Positions 20,401 to 28,640 of a DNA stretch of 64,000 bases are shown here, one piece after another. Both the position numbers and the translations under genes were made by a program. The stretch's first letter is position 1. The number at the start of each line of letters is the position of its first letter. Source of the stretch: a bacterium (GTDB lineage Bacteria > Zhuqueibacterota > Zhuqueibacteria > Residuimicrobiales > Krinioviventaceae); contig CAXXFV010000015.1 in NCBI GenBank assembly GCA_963674595.2, forward strand, positions 224,001-288,000. The letters run 5' to 3'. The notes beneath the pieces are model-generated. The model saw nothing but the letters and a program-made list of their open reading frames with translations. It was not told the DNA's origin and did no database searches.

Positions 20401-20689
20401 TTGGTTAAACCTGAAATTATCCTGGGAAGGAAAACTTGGTGGTATCCGGTTCCAACCGTTTGTTGAAGTCCGTAACGTTACAAACAAGGAAAATATCCTT
20501 GCTTTTGATAGAAACGGATTTGATGCTGTGCTTAACGAAAAAATGTATCAAGTGGGTCGCGATGGTTTACCCAATACCGGTGATGAACAAGATCCTCAGG
20601 GCGTCAATAAAATGCCGTTTGATGCATTTGGTCGAATGTTATATGGTGAAGCACGTATGATATGGGCTGGAATTGAACTCGGCTTCTAA
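17492..20689 (+). CDS. TonB-dependent outer-membrane receptor with N-terminal CarboxypepD_reg-like domain
   Basis: Signal peptide, GTIKDAETGEALPGVNV, plug motifs (IRGGR; AGTFTAEF...GIINMVTKSG), FYLQDRIEY, SPRLGVSHP, C-terminal IWAGIELGF. Confidence 0.92.
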   Translation: MSKFLGKATIFFSVMLALIILASLPLSAAPLGKLAGTIKDAETGEALPGVNVLIVGTTMGATTDLDGRYFILNVPPGTFSVKATFMGYTAITQTEVKVQTGITTELNFSLKQTVLEGEAVTIVAARPLVEKSLTTSKTTMGAEELDNALPVASVHDIVETAASTFQGYIRGGRKYETKTLVDGVDVSDTYFSGGTGRFGTGDVGHYYQGFRRSEGNETTMGDVTASSVQEMNVMAGTFTAEFPTASAGIINMVTKSGADKYTGKIFVRGTPSNEIEHFGDNPYWMANSVGDYVGYLDRKTLLAESESIQNKRSAEIFTWTPELAKGDDYEYDPTDSTGLGRSYEVEGNFSGPIPGLGGKGGFFFSGRYSNMRTSAMPFDRQKTVTLTLKTHYDFSSDKRLTLYGQINDGGKLFNFVNWKFNPKWMYYMEGAPRYKDLGVMAYAKWTHTLSPKTFYEVQLSQANKTSWIGYPDDDGDGYCDIDESGDFIEFSDLNEYFKYLGGQTRIVEDDNGNQYTTIDWTTVDGYVGNWRQQEENANTVLPARDPNRTFFYSTIDPASGYNEAKVSFGNQTGTFRPAYPAPLYSKTKRNVTTLKADLTSQISFNHQIKTGAQFRMHDIEVNHLQSELGGAGLLYPMSAFHVDNESFKPKEVAFYLQDRIEYGGMIVNVGARVDGYNNDTENFVNEFNPYSRVEFAGSLLEFVPNRGDKVGYKWFVSPRLGVSHPVSDRMAMHYSFGKFVQYPNFSTLYTDYNFSNYSASPAMTSVYVNQEPMKSTSYEIGLQWTPLADIAMDAVVYYRDVENYGNRLFTINPSAGKSSQIYTTWGHADSRGIELTLEKRRSAWWSGRVSYSYAYIKQAVNGSGNENLPDTFSSADSAVYGNQMPWDMLYRYEYREENVTITSTTGNALAGGFDRTHRFSGHMMFFIPYNFQLAAIGNAMSGFKYRQTEDVDNDPWFNVSHPIKEGPWNYWLNLKLSWEGKLGGIRFQPFVEVRNVTNKENILAFDRNGFDAVLNEKMYQVGRDGLPNTGDEQDPQGVNKMPFDAFGRMLYGEARMIWAGIELGF

Positions 20690-20753
20690 TATAGTTGCCG
20701 ATTAAGTTGTTTGTCGACATGTATATGAAGACATTTTTAAGGAGATTGCAAAT

Positions 20754-23303
20754 ATGCTAAAAAATATAAAAATTGCTGCAATGCTGTTTTTGGTAGCTTT
20801 ATGCCTGGTAACGATGAGTTCATTCGTTCAAGCAGAGCCTGCCAATAACAATATTGTTTTGGCTGCAGGCGAAATGTGGGGTACTTACACTCCGCCGAAT
20901 TATGATTACAACTGGCCTCGATATGGAAAAATAAATGAAGATTTGAGCCAGGTTGATAACTGGGACATAAATGGTTCACTTTTCTACACATCTCGTTGTG
21001 TTACAAGTTCTTTGTTTGGAAATCCAGGATGGAGTTGGATGTCCAGCAAAGTCCTTTATGACTTTACAAATGTTGCATTTGCTATAGAGTATAATGACAA
21101 TGCAGACTTTGCTGCTGCCAATGCAGCTACTGCGGGTGATGCTGCAGTCGAAAATTATGCTGTTATGAAGTTTAATCACTCTGTTCCCGGATGGGATGAT
21201 CCTTCAAGAAACTATCATATTCCATCAACCGGTGGCGCTGTGTTAAGTGAAGACCGAACATTTGCTTATGGTACTTCCGCATGGCCGACACAGCTCGGTG
21301 TTGATGTTAAAATGACTGTTTATAACTGGACCACAAACTGGGGTCATTTGGATGATTTTCATCTTGTTGAATATGAAATGACAAATACCGGTATGGCTGA
21401 TTTAAACGGTGATGGTACAGTTGATGTAACAAATAATCCGATTAAAAATTTGGTTTTCGGTTATGTTCCTGGAAGTTTCCATTTTCGCCTTGGAACAAAT
21501 AGCGGTCGTTCTTATTATGTTGATAATAATAATTACCGTGGTATTGGTTGTGACCAGACTTTTGATGAAAACGGTTCTCCCTATAACATCGCTTTCCAGG
21601 CCATAGGTAGTCAGAAGGAAAATGATCACTCTCCTTCTATTTCCACTCAATGGGAATACTGGGATGGATATGCCGGTTTTGGATTCCTCGGCGCAAAAAC
21701 ATTAAAGGATGGAACCTGGCAGGAAAAATTCTTGTCTTTTAAAGATGCAAGCGGAAACCAGATTGTACCAACTGTTGGTGAAGGCGAACAACGTGGATGG
21801 TTTACCACCAATCAAACAGGTTGGAATGGTGTTAATAGCGGTAATTTAGCCCAAATTCACTCTGTTTATATGGGTGCCTTTTACAAAGATGGTGGTATAG
21901 GTAATGATGCTTCTGCTTTAGACTATTCACCAAACCCGAATTTATTCTCTTCAGGTACTGCTGGAAATCCCTCTACTTTTGTCGTTAAAGACAAAGCAGA
22001 CTGGCAATATCCGAATGGTGCCCGGGAATTGTTGGAAAATAAAATGATGTATGCTAAAGATGGCGGCGCTCCAATAGGTATGAATCCTGCAGATACGATG
22101 CCTTTGAAGGACCGTGCTCTGGAACCTGATGTTATCACCAGAGGATGGATTTCTCAATACGAATTCGATTATGATCCTATTGAAGGTTTTGGACCGATTT
22201 CAATTGATGTTGGCGAAACCGTTCGTGTCTATTTTATTCGTGGTGCAGGTTTCCGTATGCAAGGTCTGAGAAAAACTTTTACCACAGCCCGTGCAGTTTT
22301 TGATGCTATCGGTCCTGATGGTGACGTTAAAGCAAATGTTCCGGCTGGTCCTCCGGTTCCGGAAATTAAAGTTAGTGGTTCTCAAACCGTAAAACCGCTT
22401 ATCAAATGGCAAGATCCAACCGGTCTTGGCGACTGTGACGGTATTAAAATTTATAAATGTGTTGCATGGCCACGATATAACTCTCTCTATGATTTGTATC
22501 CGACACATGATACATGGTGGAAATCCATGGATCCAGATAACGAACATGATCCAATGCCTTATAATCCATTGTTTACTAAAATGGAACTTTTAGTGGATCA
22601 ACAAGGTAATTCTTGGGGTCCTTATCATTTGGTTAAGGTTATTCCCGTCGGTGAATTCGCCAGTTATAAAAATCCGGCGAGTGATGCCGGCGAGTATCCT
22701 TATGCTTGGGAAGATGATACCTATACATCTGCCGGTCAAAGTTACTGGTATTATGTATCCAGCTATAAAGAAGGTGCGGCTAATGCGGTTCCTGCTGGTT
22801 TTCAGGGTCTTGAAGACAGTGATATAGCATGGATGGAAAGTGGTAAAGTTAACTATAATGGTAGAACCGGTCTTTGGGAATCCACATGGCCATATACCTG
22901 GAGACAAACAAACTATCCTGCTGAATCTGACATTGTCGGCAGTAAAAAAGTTGGTGTACCATTTGTTTTGGTTTCTCCTCCCGGAGATATTGCCCAGTTG
23001 AAATTAGGCAACACCAAAATTGGTGTACGTCCTAATCCATACAAACGTGTTGCATTTCATGATGCCAGTAACAAACACCAGGTTATGTTCTATAATTTGC
23101 CGATGTCATGTAATCTTCAGATTTATGATCTTGCCGGTATGTTAGTTGATGAAATTCAGTACAATTCTCCAACTACTGAAAACGGTGTTTATTTCTGGGA
23201 TATGTATTCCAAAAACGGTAATGAAGTTGCCAGCGGTCTGTATGTTTGGGTCGTAAAATATGACGGTGGAACGCAAAATGGCACGTTCGCCATTATACGA
23301 TAA
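20754..23303 (+). CDS. Secreted 849-aa protein with C-terminal T9SS-type/FlgD-like sorting domain; function unknown
   Basis: Signal peptide, DLNGDG Ca-binding-like motif, C-terminal VRPNPY...FYNLP...IYDLAGMLV...WDMYSKNGNEVASGLYVWVV. Confidence 0.8.
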   Translation: MLKNIKIAAMLFLVALCLVTMSSFVQAEPANNNIVLAAGEMWGTYTPPNYDYNWPRYGKINEDLSQVDNWDINGSLFYTSRCVTSSLFGNPGWSWMSSKVLYDFTNVAFAIEYNDNADFAAANAATAGDAAVENYAVMKFNHSVPGWDDPSRNYHIPSTGGAVLSEDRTFAYGTSAWPTQLGVDVKMTVYNWTTNWGHLDDFHLVEYEMTNTGMADLNGDGTVDVTNNPIKNLVFGYVPGSFHFRLGTNSGRSYYVDNNNYRGIGCDQTFDENGSPYNIAFQAIGSQKENDHSPSISTQWEYWDGYAGFGFLGAKTLKDGTWQEKFLSFKDASGNQIVPTVGEGEQRGWFTTNQTGWNGVNSGNLAQIHSVYMGAFYKDGGIGNDASALDYSPNPNLFSSGTAGNPSTFVVKDKADWQYPNGARELLENKMMYAKDGGAPIGMNPADTMPLKDRALEPDVITRGWISQYEFDYDPIEGFGPISIDVGETVRVYFIRGAGFRMQGLRKTFTTARAVFDAIGPDGDVKANVPAGPPVPEIKVSGSQTVKPLIKWQDPTGLGDCDGIKIYKCVAWPRYNSLYDLYPTHDTWWKSMDPDNEHDPMPYNPLFTKMELLVDQQGNSWGPYHLVKVIPVGEFASYKNPASDAGEYPYAWEDDTYTSAGQSYWYYVSSYKEGAANAVPAGFQGLEDSDIAWMESGKVNYNGRTGLWESTWPYTWRQTNYPAESDIVGSKKVGVPFVLVSPPGDIAQLKLGNTKIGVRPNPYKRVAFHDASNKHQVMFYNLPMSCNLQIYDLAGMLVDEIQYNSPTTENGVYFWDMYSKNGNEVASGLYVWVVKYDGGTQNGTFAIIR

Positions 23304-23340
23304 TTTTATTAGTAAACGATTTAGTTAAGGAGATATACTT

Positions 23341-24354
23341 ATGAAGGTCTCTAAAATAGCCGCTTTAACCCTCGTTTTTGCGTTGATGCTCGTCTCCTTT
23401 GCCGGAGCAGAATCAATGCTTAAAAAACCGGGTATAGACGGAGCCGCTTTCCTTAAAATCGGTGTCAGTGCCAGAATGGTTGCGCTGGGTTCAGCAGCAA
23501 CAACGTTATACGGCGATCCTAATGCCATTTTTTGGAATCCGGCTGGTATTTCATGTGAACCAGGAAAAACCCAATTGGGTATAAATTATAATTCATGGAT
23601 TATTGATATTAATCATAGCGCTGGTGCTATCACCCATCATTTTGATGGTATTGGTACCTTTGGATTCGGTTTTATTTATATGGGATTGTCTGATCTTACG
23701 GCTGACCGTGATCTTGCTCCTCCCGGATATTCCGAACCGGTTCCTGAAGATCCTGGCGTAAATCAATATGATGCTTATGACTATTCTGATATGGCTTTTT
23801 CATTAGCATACAGCAAACAGTTTACAGACCGTTTCAGAATGGGTATTACTGCAAAATATATCCGTGAGGATATTGACAACGTATCAGCAGATGCATTTGC
23901 ATTTGATTTTGGTGCTGTTTATGAAACAGGTTTTCGTGACTTGACATTTGGCGCCAGAATTAATAATGTTGGTGGCGATCTTACTTTTTACGCCATCCCT
24001 GCATCTTTACCATTAACCTTCTCAATCGGCGCTTCTGTTAGCCTCGTTCGTGAAGAAAATTCAAACTTTAAACTGATCACTGACATGACCAAACCAAAAG
24101 ACAGTCCTCAATTGTTGTTCATGGGTGGTGAATGGAACCTGATGGAAGCTCTTGCCCTGCGTGGTGGTTATAAATTTAACTACTCAGATGCATTAGATTC
24201 CTACAATGGAACCAAACAAACTGATGAAGGCGCCTCCTTTGGTGGCGGTTTAGCATTGCCTGTATCTTCATACAATGTTTGGTTGGATTATGCCTTTACA
24301 AACTTTGACGTATTTGATGATACTCATCGTTTCAGCCTGAGGTTTGAATTCTAA
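23341..24354 (+). CDS. PorV/PorQ-family outer-membrane beta-barrel
   Basis: GAAFLKIGVSARMVALG, AIFWNPAG, DFGAVY, ALRGGY, C-terminal HRFSLRFEF. Confidence 0.88.
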   Translation: MKVSKIAALTLVFALMLVSFAGAESMLKKPGIDGAAFLKIGVSARMVALGSAATTLYGDPNAIFWNPAGISCEPGKTQLGINYNSWIIDINHSAGAITHHFDGIGTFGFGFIYMGLSDLTADRDLAPPGYSEPVPEDPGVNQYDAYDYSDMAFSLAYSKQFTDRFRMGITAKYIREDIDNVSADAFAFDFGAVYETGFRDLTFGARINNVGGDLTFYAIPASLPLTFSIGASVSLVREENSNFKLITDMTKPKDSPQLLFMGGEWNLMEALALRGGYKFNYSDALDSYNGTKQTDEGASFGGGLALPVSSYNVWLDYAFTNFDVFDDTHRFSLRFEF

Positions 24355-24383
24355 TCTTATGAAATAATTATTTTTTAATTATT

Positions 24384-24415
24384 AAGCTCCCAAAGATAAC
24401 TTTGGGAGCTTTTTT
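24384..24415 (+). terminator. Rho-independent terminator
   Basis: AAGCTCCCAAAG-ATAA-CTTTGGGAGCTT plus T tail. Confidence 0.88.
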
Positions 24416-24441
24416 ATGTTTATACAACCAGGAGCCAAATT

Positions 24442-25380
24442 TTGAAAGCTATTCTTATTCCTCAACCTGGTAAATTTTCTTTGATTGATTTACCTGTACC
24501 TGAACCTGATACAAACCAGGTGCTTGTGAAAATTGAATCTGTTTCTCTTTGTAATCAACACGATATTAAAGTTTGGACGGGTGGATACAAAAAATTGTCC
24601 TACCTTGAATATAATGTTCCCGGTTTTCCCGGACATGAAGGGGCCGGAGTCGTTGTTAAAACCGGTAAAAATTTTAGCAACATAAAAATAGGCGACCGGG
24701 TTGTCCTTTCCGGTCTCGGCGGCCCACCTTTATACCAGGAATACGTTCTCAGAGACCCTTCTGAAATAGTCAAAATACCGGATTCGTTGGATTTTGACTC
24801 TGTAGCTATGACCGAATTGCTTGGTTGTGTTCATCGTGGGGTAACCAAAGTTACAAATTGGAAAGACAAGAATGTCCTTGTCACCGGATTAGGTCCTGCC
24901 GGACTTGCTGCTATTCAAATTATTAAAGCCTATGGGGCCAAAAAAATAATTGTTTCTGATATCATTAAAGAAAAACTTTTATTTGCACTCGAATATGGCG
25001 CCGATAAGGCATTTAACGCGAATGATCCTGATTATATTGATCAGTTAAAAAATGAAAATCCGGATATTGTTTATGAAACAACGGGGAATGTAAACTCTTA
25101 TAATATCTCTGTTAATGTTGCCAATCAAGCTGTTATATTATTCAGTTTTACTGAAAAACAAATGACTTTGGACCCTTATCCGATTTTTGATAAAGAACTC
25201 GCCATATACGGTTCAAAATGGTTGACCGTACAAGATATGCAAAAAATTATTAATTTAATGGATGCTGGAAAGATTGATACAAAACCCCTGATTTCACAAA
25301 TTTTTTCTTTTAAAGAATATGAAAAAGCCATTAAATTTTTACAAACCGGCCAGGCAATCAAAGTAATCATGCATCCATGA
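24442..25380 (+). CDS. Zn-dependent medium-chain (sugar/polyol) dehydrogenase
   Basis: CNQHD, PGHEGAG, GLGPAG NAD-binding motif. Lacks the structural-Zn four-Cys lobe. Confidence 0.85.
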   Translation: MKAILIPQPGKFSLIDLPVPEPDTNQVLVKIESVSLCNQHDIKVWTGGYKKLSYLEYNVPGFPGHEGAGVVVKTGKNFSNIKIGDRVVLSGLGGPPLYQEYVLRDPSEIVKIPDSLDFDSVAMTELLGCVHRGVTKVTNWKDKNVLVTGLGPAGLAAIQIIKAYGAKKIIVSDIIKEKLLFALEYGADKAFNANDPDYIDQLKNENPDIVYETTGNVNSYNISVNVANQAVILFSFTEKQMTLDPYPIFDKELAIYGSKWLTVQDMQKIINLMDAGKIDTKPLISQIFSFKEYEKAIKFLQTGQAIKVIMHP

Positions 25381-25387
25381 GGTTTTT

Positions 25388-26212
25388 ATGTTAATCGGAA
25401 TAGACAGTTACAGTTTTCACCTTGCTTTTGGGAAACATCCTGATTTTTCACCAAAACAACCTATAAATATCATCCAATTTATGGAAAAAGTTGTTCAACT
25501 TGGTTTTGATGGAATTCAATTTGATCCAATGCATCTTGAATATAATGAAGATACAGATAATATTGTAAACTTTGCCAGGCAAAACAATCTGTTTTTAGAA
25601 TATGGAATTATTGGCGTTAAAAGTGATGATGTATTTAAGGGAATTGAAAAATGTCGTCAACTAAATTCCCCTGTTTTACGAAGTTTTATCGGATTTGATA
25701 GATTTGATAAGACTGTTTCTATATCTGAAAATTTGAAAACCGCTGAATATGAAATCACCAAAATTACTCATTTGTTAGAGAGTTCAAATATCAAGCTTGC
25801 AATAGAAAATCATGGAGATGTTACATCTGACGAACTTGTTGATCTAGTTGAGAGTGTTGATCATCCAAACGTTGGAATTTGTCTGGATATTGGAAATAGC
25901 ATCTGTGTTTTTGAAGATGCCTTTAGAGCTGTGAAACGCATGTTGCCCTATACTTTTACGACTCATATTAAAGATTATAATATTGAAATGACTAATTATG
26001 GATGTAAGATTTCCGGAACCAGCCTTGGTAAAGGAAATTTACCTTTGCATGAAATACTTGATTATATATTAAACAATTCTTCTCTTGAAAAATTGGTTTT
26101 AGAGATACCTATTGAAGCGTCCGGAGATGAGCCTGACACACTTTCTAAAGAAGAAAACGCTGTTAAGGACAGCTTGAATTATATACATGAATTTATGAAA
26201 AACTATAAATAA
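25388..26212 (+). CDS. Sugar phosphate isomerase/epimerase, xylose isomerase-like TIM barrel
   Basis: LAIENHGD, CLDIGN, THIKD, LEIP metal motifs. Confidence 0.85.
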   Translation: MLIGIDSYSFHLAFGKHPDFSPKQPINIIQFMEKVVQLGFDGIQFDPMHLEYNEDTDNIVNFARQNNLFLEYGIIGVKSDDVFKGIEKCRQLNSPVLRSFIGFDRFDKTVSISENLKTAEYEITKITHLLESSNIKLAIENHGDVTSDELVDLVESVDHPNVGICLDIGNSICVFEDAFRAVKRMLPYTFTTHIKDYNIEMTNYGCKISGTSLGKGNLPLHEILDYILNNSSLEKLVLEIPIEASGDEPDTLSKEENAVKDSLNYIHEFMKNYK

Positions 26213-26225
26213 CCTGGAGGATAAA

Positions 26226-28535
26226 ATGAGACAAAAAATGATAATATCTATTCTTGTCTTTTTTGTATTTTTTATAAATGTAAATGCGCAGGAAACTGTT
26301 CCTTTAAAAAATTATCTGGAATATGCCCGCAATGCTGCGGACTGGACATGGGCCAATTACGATTCTCTTGAAAATGATTGGGTAAAAAAAATTAATCCTG
26401 ATTATGTATTCGGATACCGTCCGCCTGCCCGCTTTTTAGAAATGGCAGCTATTTATGCTTTTTTATACGAAGCCGAAGGAAATATTGAATATGCTAAAAG
26501 AGCAAAAAAGGTCATAGTAAATTATAAAAATTATCGTAAATACTATCCTCAAAGCTCCATCGATAATCGGTCAGAATACTCAAAAGGATTACCCGCCCTG
26601 CCGGATTTTTTTACTTCCAGTCGTTTTATTCGAGCTTATGATATATTAAAATATACTGATTTACTTTCTCAAAAAGAAATAGAGGATATAGACAATACAA
26701 TTGCTCATAGTACTGATTTTATTATCCAAATGCAGGAATGGGGCACAATGAATCGTGGTATTTTGAGGGCCGAAGGTATTGCCTGGGCTGTACGCGCTGT
26801 GCCAAACCATCCGCATACAAAAAATTGGGAAATGCTGGACTATGCCATTGGTTTTGATAATTGGGGGAACTGGGAAATTGAAGATGCCAGTCTTTACAAC
26901 GCTATATGGTTATATTCCCTGATCGGATATGCTGATGCAAAAAATTCAATTAAAGAGCTGTTCAAAACTCCGGAAATGTATTATTATGCTTATTATTATT
27001 TAAATTTAATATGTCCTGACGGATTTGTACCTGATTTTGGTGATGCTCACTGGCGGTCCAATTGGTCGCGCTATCTTGTATTTTTTGAAACGGCTGCCGC
27101 TCAATATAAAGATGAAAATTTTAAATGGGCGGCCTCAAATATCGCCTTAAAAATGATCGATTTTGATAAGGTAACTAGTGTTGGCACTGCATATTACCTT
27201 TTGGACTGTTACCGTTTTGGCGCTGCCGATCTTGTTGCAAAAGTCCCCACAACTTCAAGTATGGAAGTGATGGAAGACAATGTCGGGAAAAAGATTGTTT
27301 TTAGAAATGGATGGCAGCCTAATTCTACTTATATGCTCTTGAATTACCGTGATGAAGGTGAAAGCGGTATTGTTTTCAAGGATTACCTGCGTGATACTCT
27401 TCCTGTTGAAGAAGAAAAAATGACCCATGGCCACTCTGATGAGAATAGTCTGGTCTGTATGATGAAAAACGGTACTTTGTTACTCCATGACGGTGGGTAT
27501 CGTAATTATATGCCTAGCGGACCTTATGGCAGTTACCGTCAGGATTATTTTCATAACAAACTTTGTGTCCGACAGGAAAAAATTTGGATGGGGCAGAAAG
27601 AGGGTGAGGACCGTTATGCGCCTGTTGATAAACGAGCAATTGAAGGGCAAAACATACTCGACTTTTTGCATAACGCCGGTTCTTATCGTCAGGTGAGAAC
27701 TCAGAAATATGATTTTATCACTCTACCTGATTTTGACTATAGCCGTACGCGTTTAATTGACGATAAACTTGGATATGAATGGGACCGTATTGTTACCTAT
27801 GTTAAAGATCCGGAAATGTTTATTGTTTTTGATATTATGAAGGCAAGAGTAAGAGAGTATTTTACAGCCAGCAATTTATGGCATACCCGAAAAATTTTAA
27901 ATCAGGGCGAGCACTGGTACGAGACTGTTTATGATTCTTTGAGAGGCAAACCAATGCCGGAAGATTTAAGTTTAATCATTTATTTCCCCAAAACACATTT
28001 CCGTCTGGAAGGTGTTGAGGAAGAAGATCGATATTATCAAAAAGAGTTTTTAATTCACCAAACAACGTCTCAGGAATTTGAGCTGGGACAATATATTTCT
28101 TTTGTCACTGTTCTCGTGCCACATGATATGTCTAAACATCCCCAATCGATTGTAGATAATATTAATTATATTGAGACCGCACCAAAAGATGATGGATTAT
28201 TAGTGCAAATTAATTCCGGCGATAAAACAATTTCTGTTGGTGCCAAATGTGATTTACGTAAAGAAATGATACGTAGCTGGCGAAGGCCAAAATACACCTA
28301 TGAATCCGGTAAAATAGTATATGATAATTTTGAATCCAATTGTGATTTCTTTTTTACAACAAAAGAGAAGAACAAGTTGGACTATACAGTTGTTAACTTT
28401 ACAAAAGCTCTTTTTGATGGTAATGTATTATATGATCAGTTACCTATCAATTATGGTTTGTCTTTTGACGGCAGCCCTGATGCGCCGGGTGTGGGAAAAG
28501 TAAGATATTGGCGTGATTCGATCCAATTAAAATAA
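26226..28535 (+). CDS. Secreted heparinase II/III-like protein (putative polysaccharide lyase)
   Basis: Signal peptide, helical N-half, PDFGD, VFRNGW, HGHSDENS, LHDGGY, FHN motifs. Confidence 0.6.
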   Translation: MRQKMIISILVFFVFFINVNAQETVPLKNYLEYARNAADWTWANYDSLENDWVKKINPDYVFGYRPPARFLEMAAIYAFLYEAEGNIEYAKRAKKVIVNYKNYRKYYPQSSIDNRSEYSKGLPALPDFFTSSRFIRAYDILKYTDLLSQKEIEDIDNTIAHSTDFIIQMQEWGTMNRGILRAEGIAWAVRAVPNHPHTKNWEMLDYAIGFDNWGNWEIEDASLYNAIWLYSLIGYADAKNSIKELFKTPEMYYYAYYYLNLICPDGFVPDFGDAHWRSNWSRYLVFFETAAAQYKDENFKWAASNIALKMIDFDKVTSVGTAYYLLDCYRFGAADLVAKVPTTSSMEVMEDNVGKKIVFRNGWQPNSTYMLLNYRDEGESGIVFKDYLRDTLPVEEEKMTHGHSDENSLVCMMKNGTLLLHDGGYRNYMPSGPYGSYRQDYFHNKLCVRQEKIWMGQKEGEDRYAPVDKRAIEGQNILDFLHNAGSYRQVRTQKYDFITLPDFDYSRTRLIDDKLGYEWDRIVTYVKDPEMFIVFDIMKARVREYFTASNLWHTRKILNQGEHWYETVYDSLRGKPMPEDLSLIIYFPKTHFRLEGVEEEDRYYQKEFLIHQTTSQEFELGQYISFVTVLVPHDMSKHPQSIVDNINYIETAPKDDGLLVQINSGDKTISVGAKCDLRKEMIRSWRRPKYTYESGKIVYDNFESNCDFFFTTKEKNKLDYTVVNFTKALFDGNVLYDQLPINYGLSFDGSPDAPGVGKVRYWRDSIQLK

Positions 28536-28569
28536 TTTTTAATTTATTTCATTTTTCACTATATTTATT

Positions 28570-28598
28570 AATGCGAGGTGTACTTTGCCTCGCATTTT
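28570..28598 (+). terminator. Putative terminator hairpin
   Basis: AATGCGAGG...CCTCGCATT followed by a T-rich tail. Confidence 0.7.
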
Positions 28599-28640
28599 AT
28601 TTTCTTTATCTCGGACAATTTTATGTTATAAGGAGTGTTT

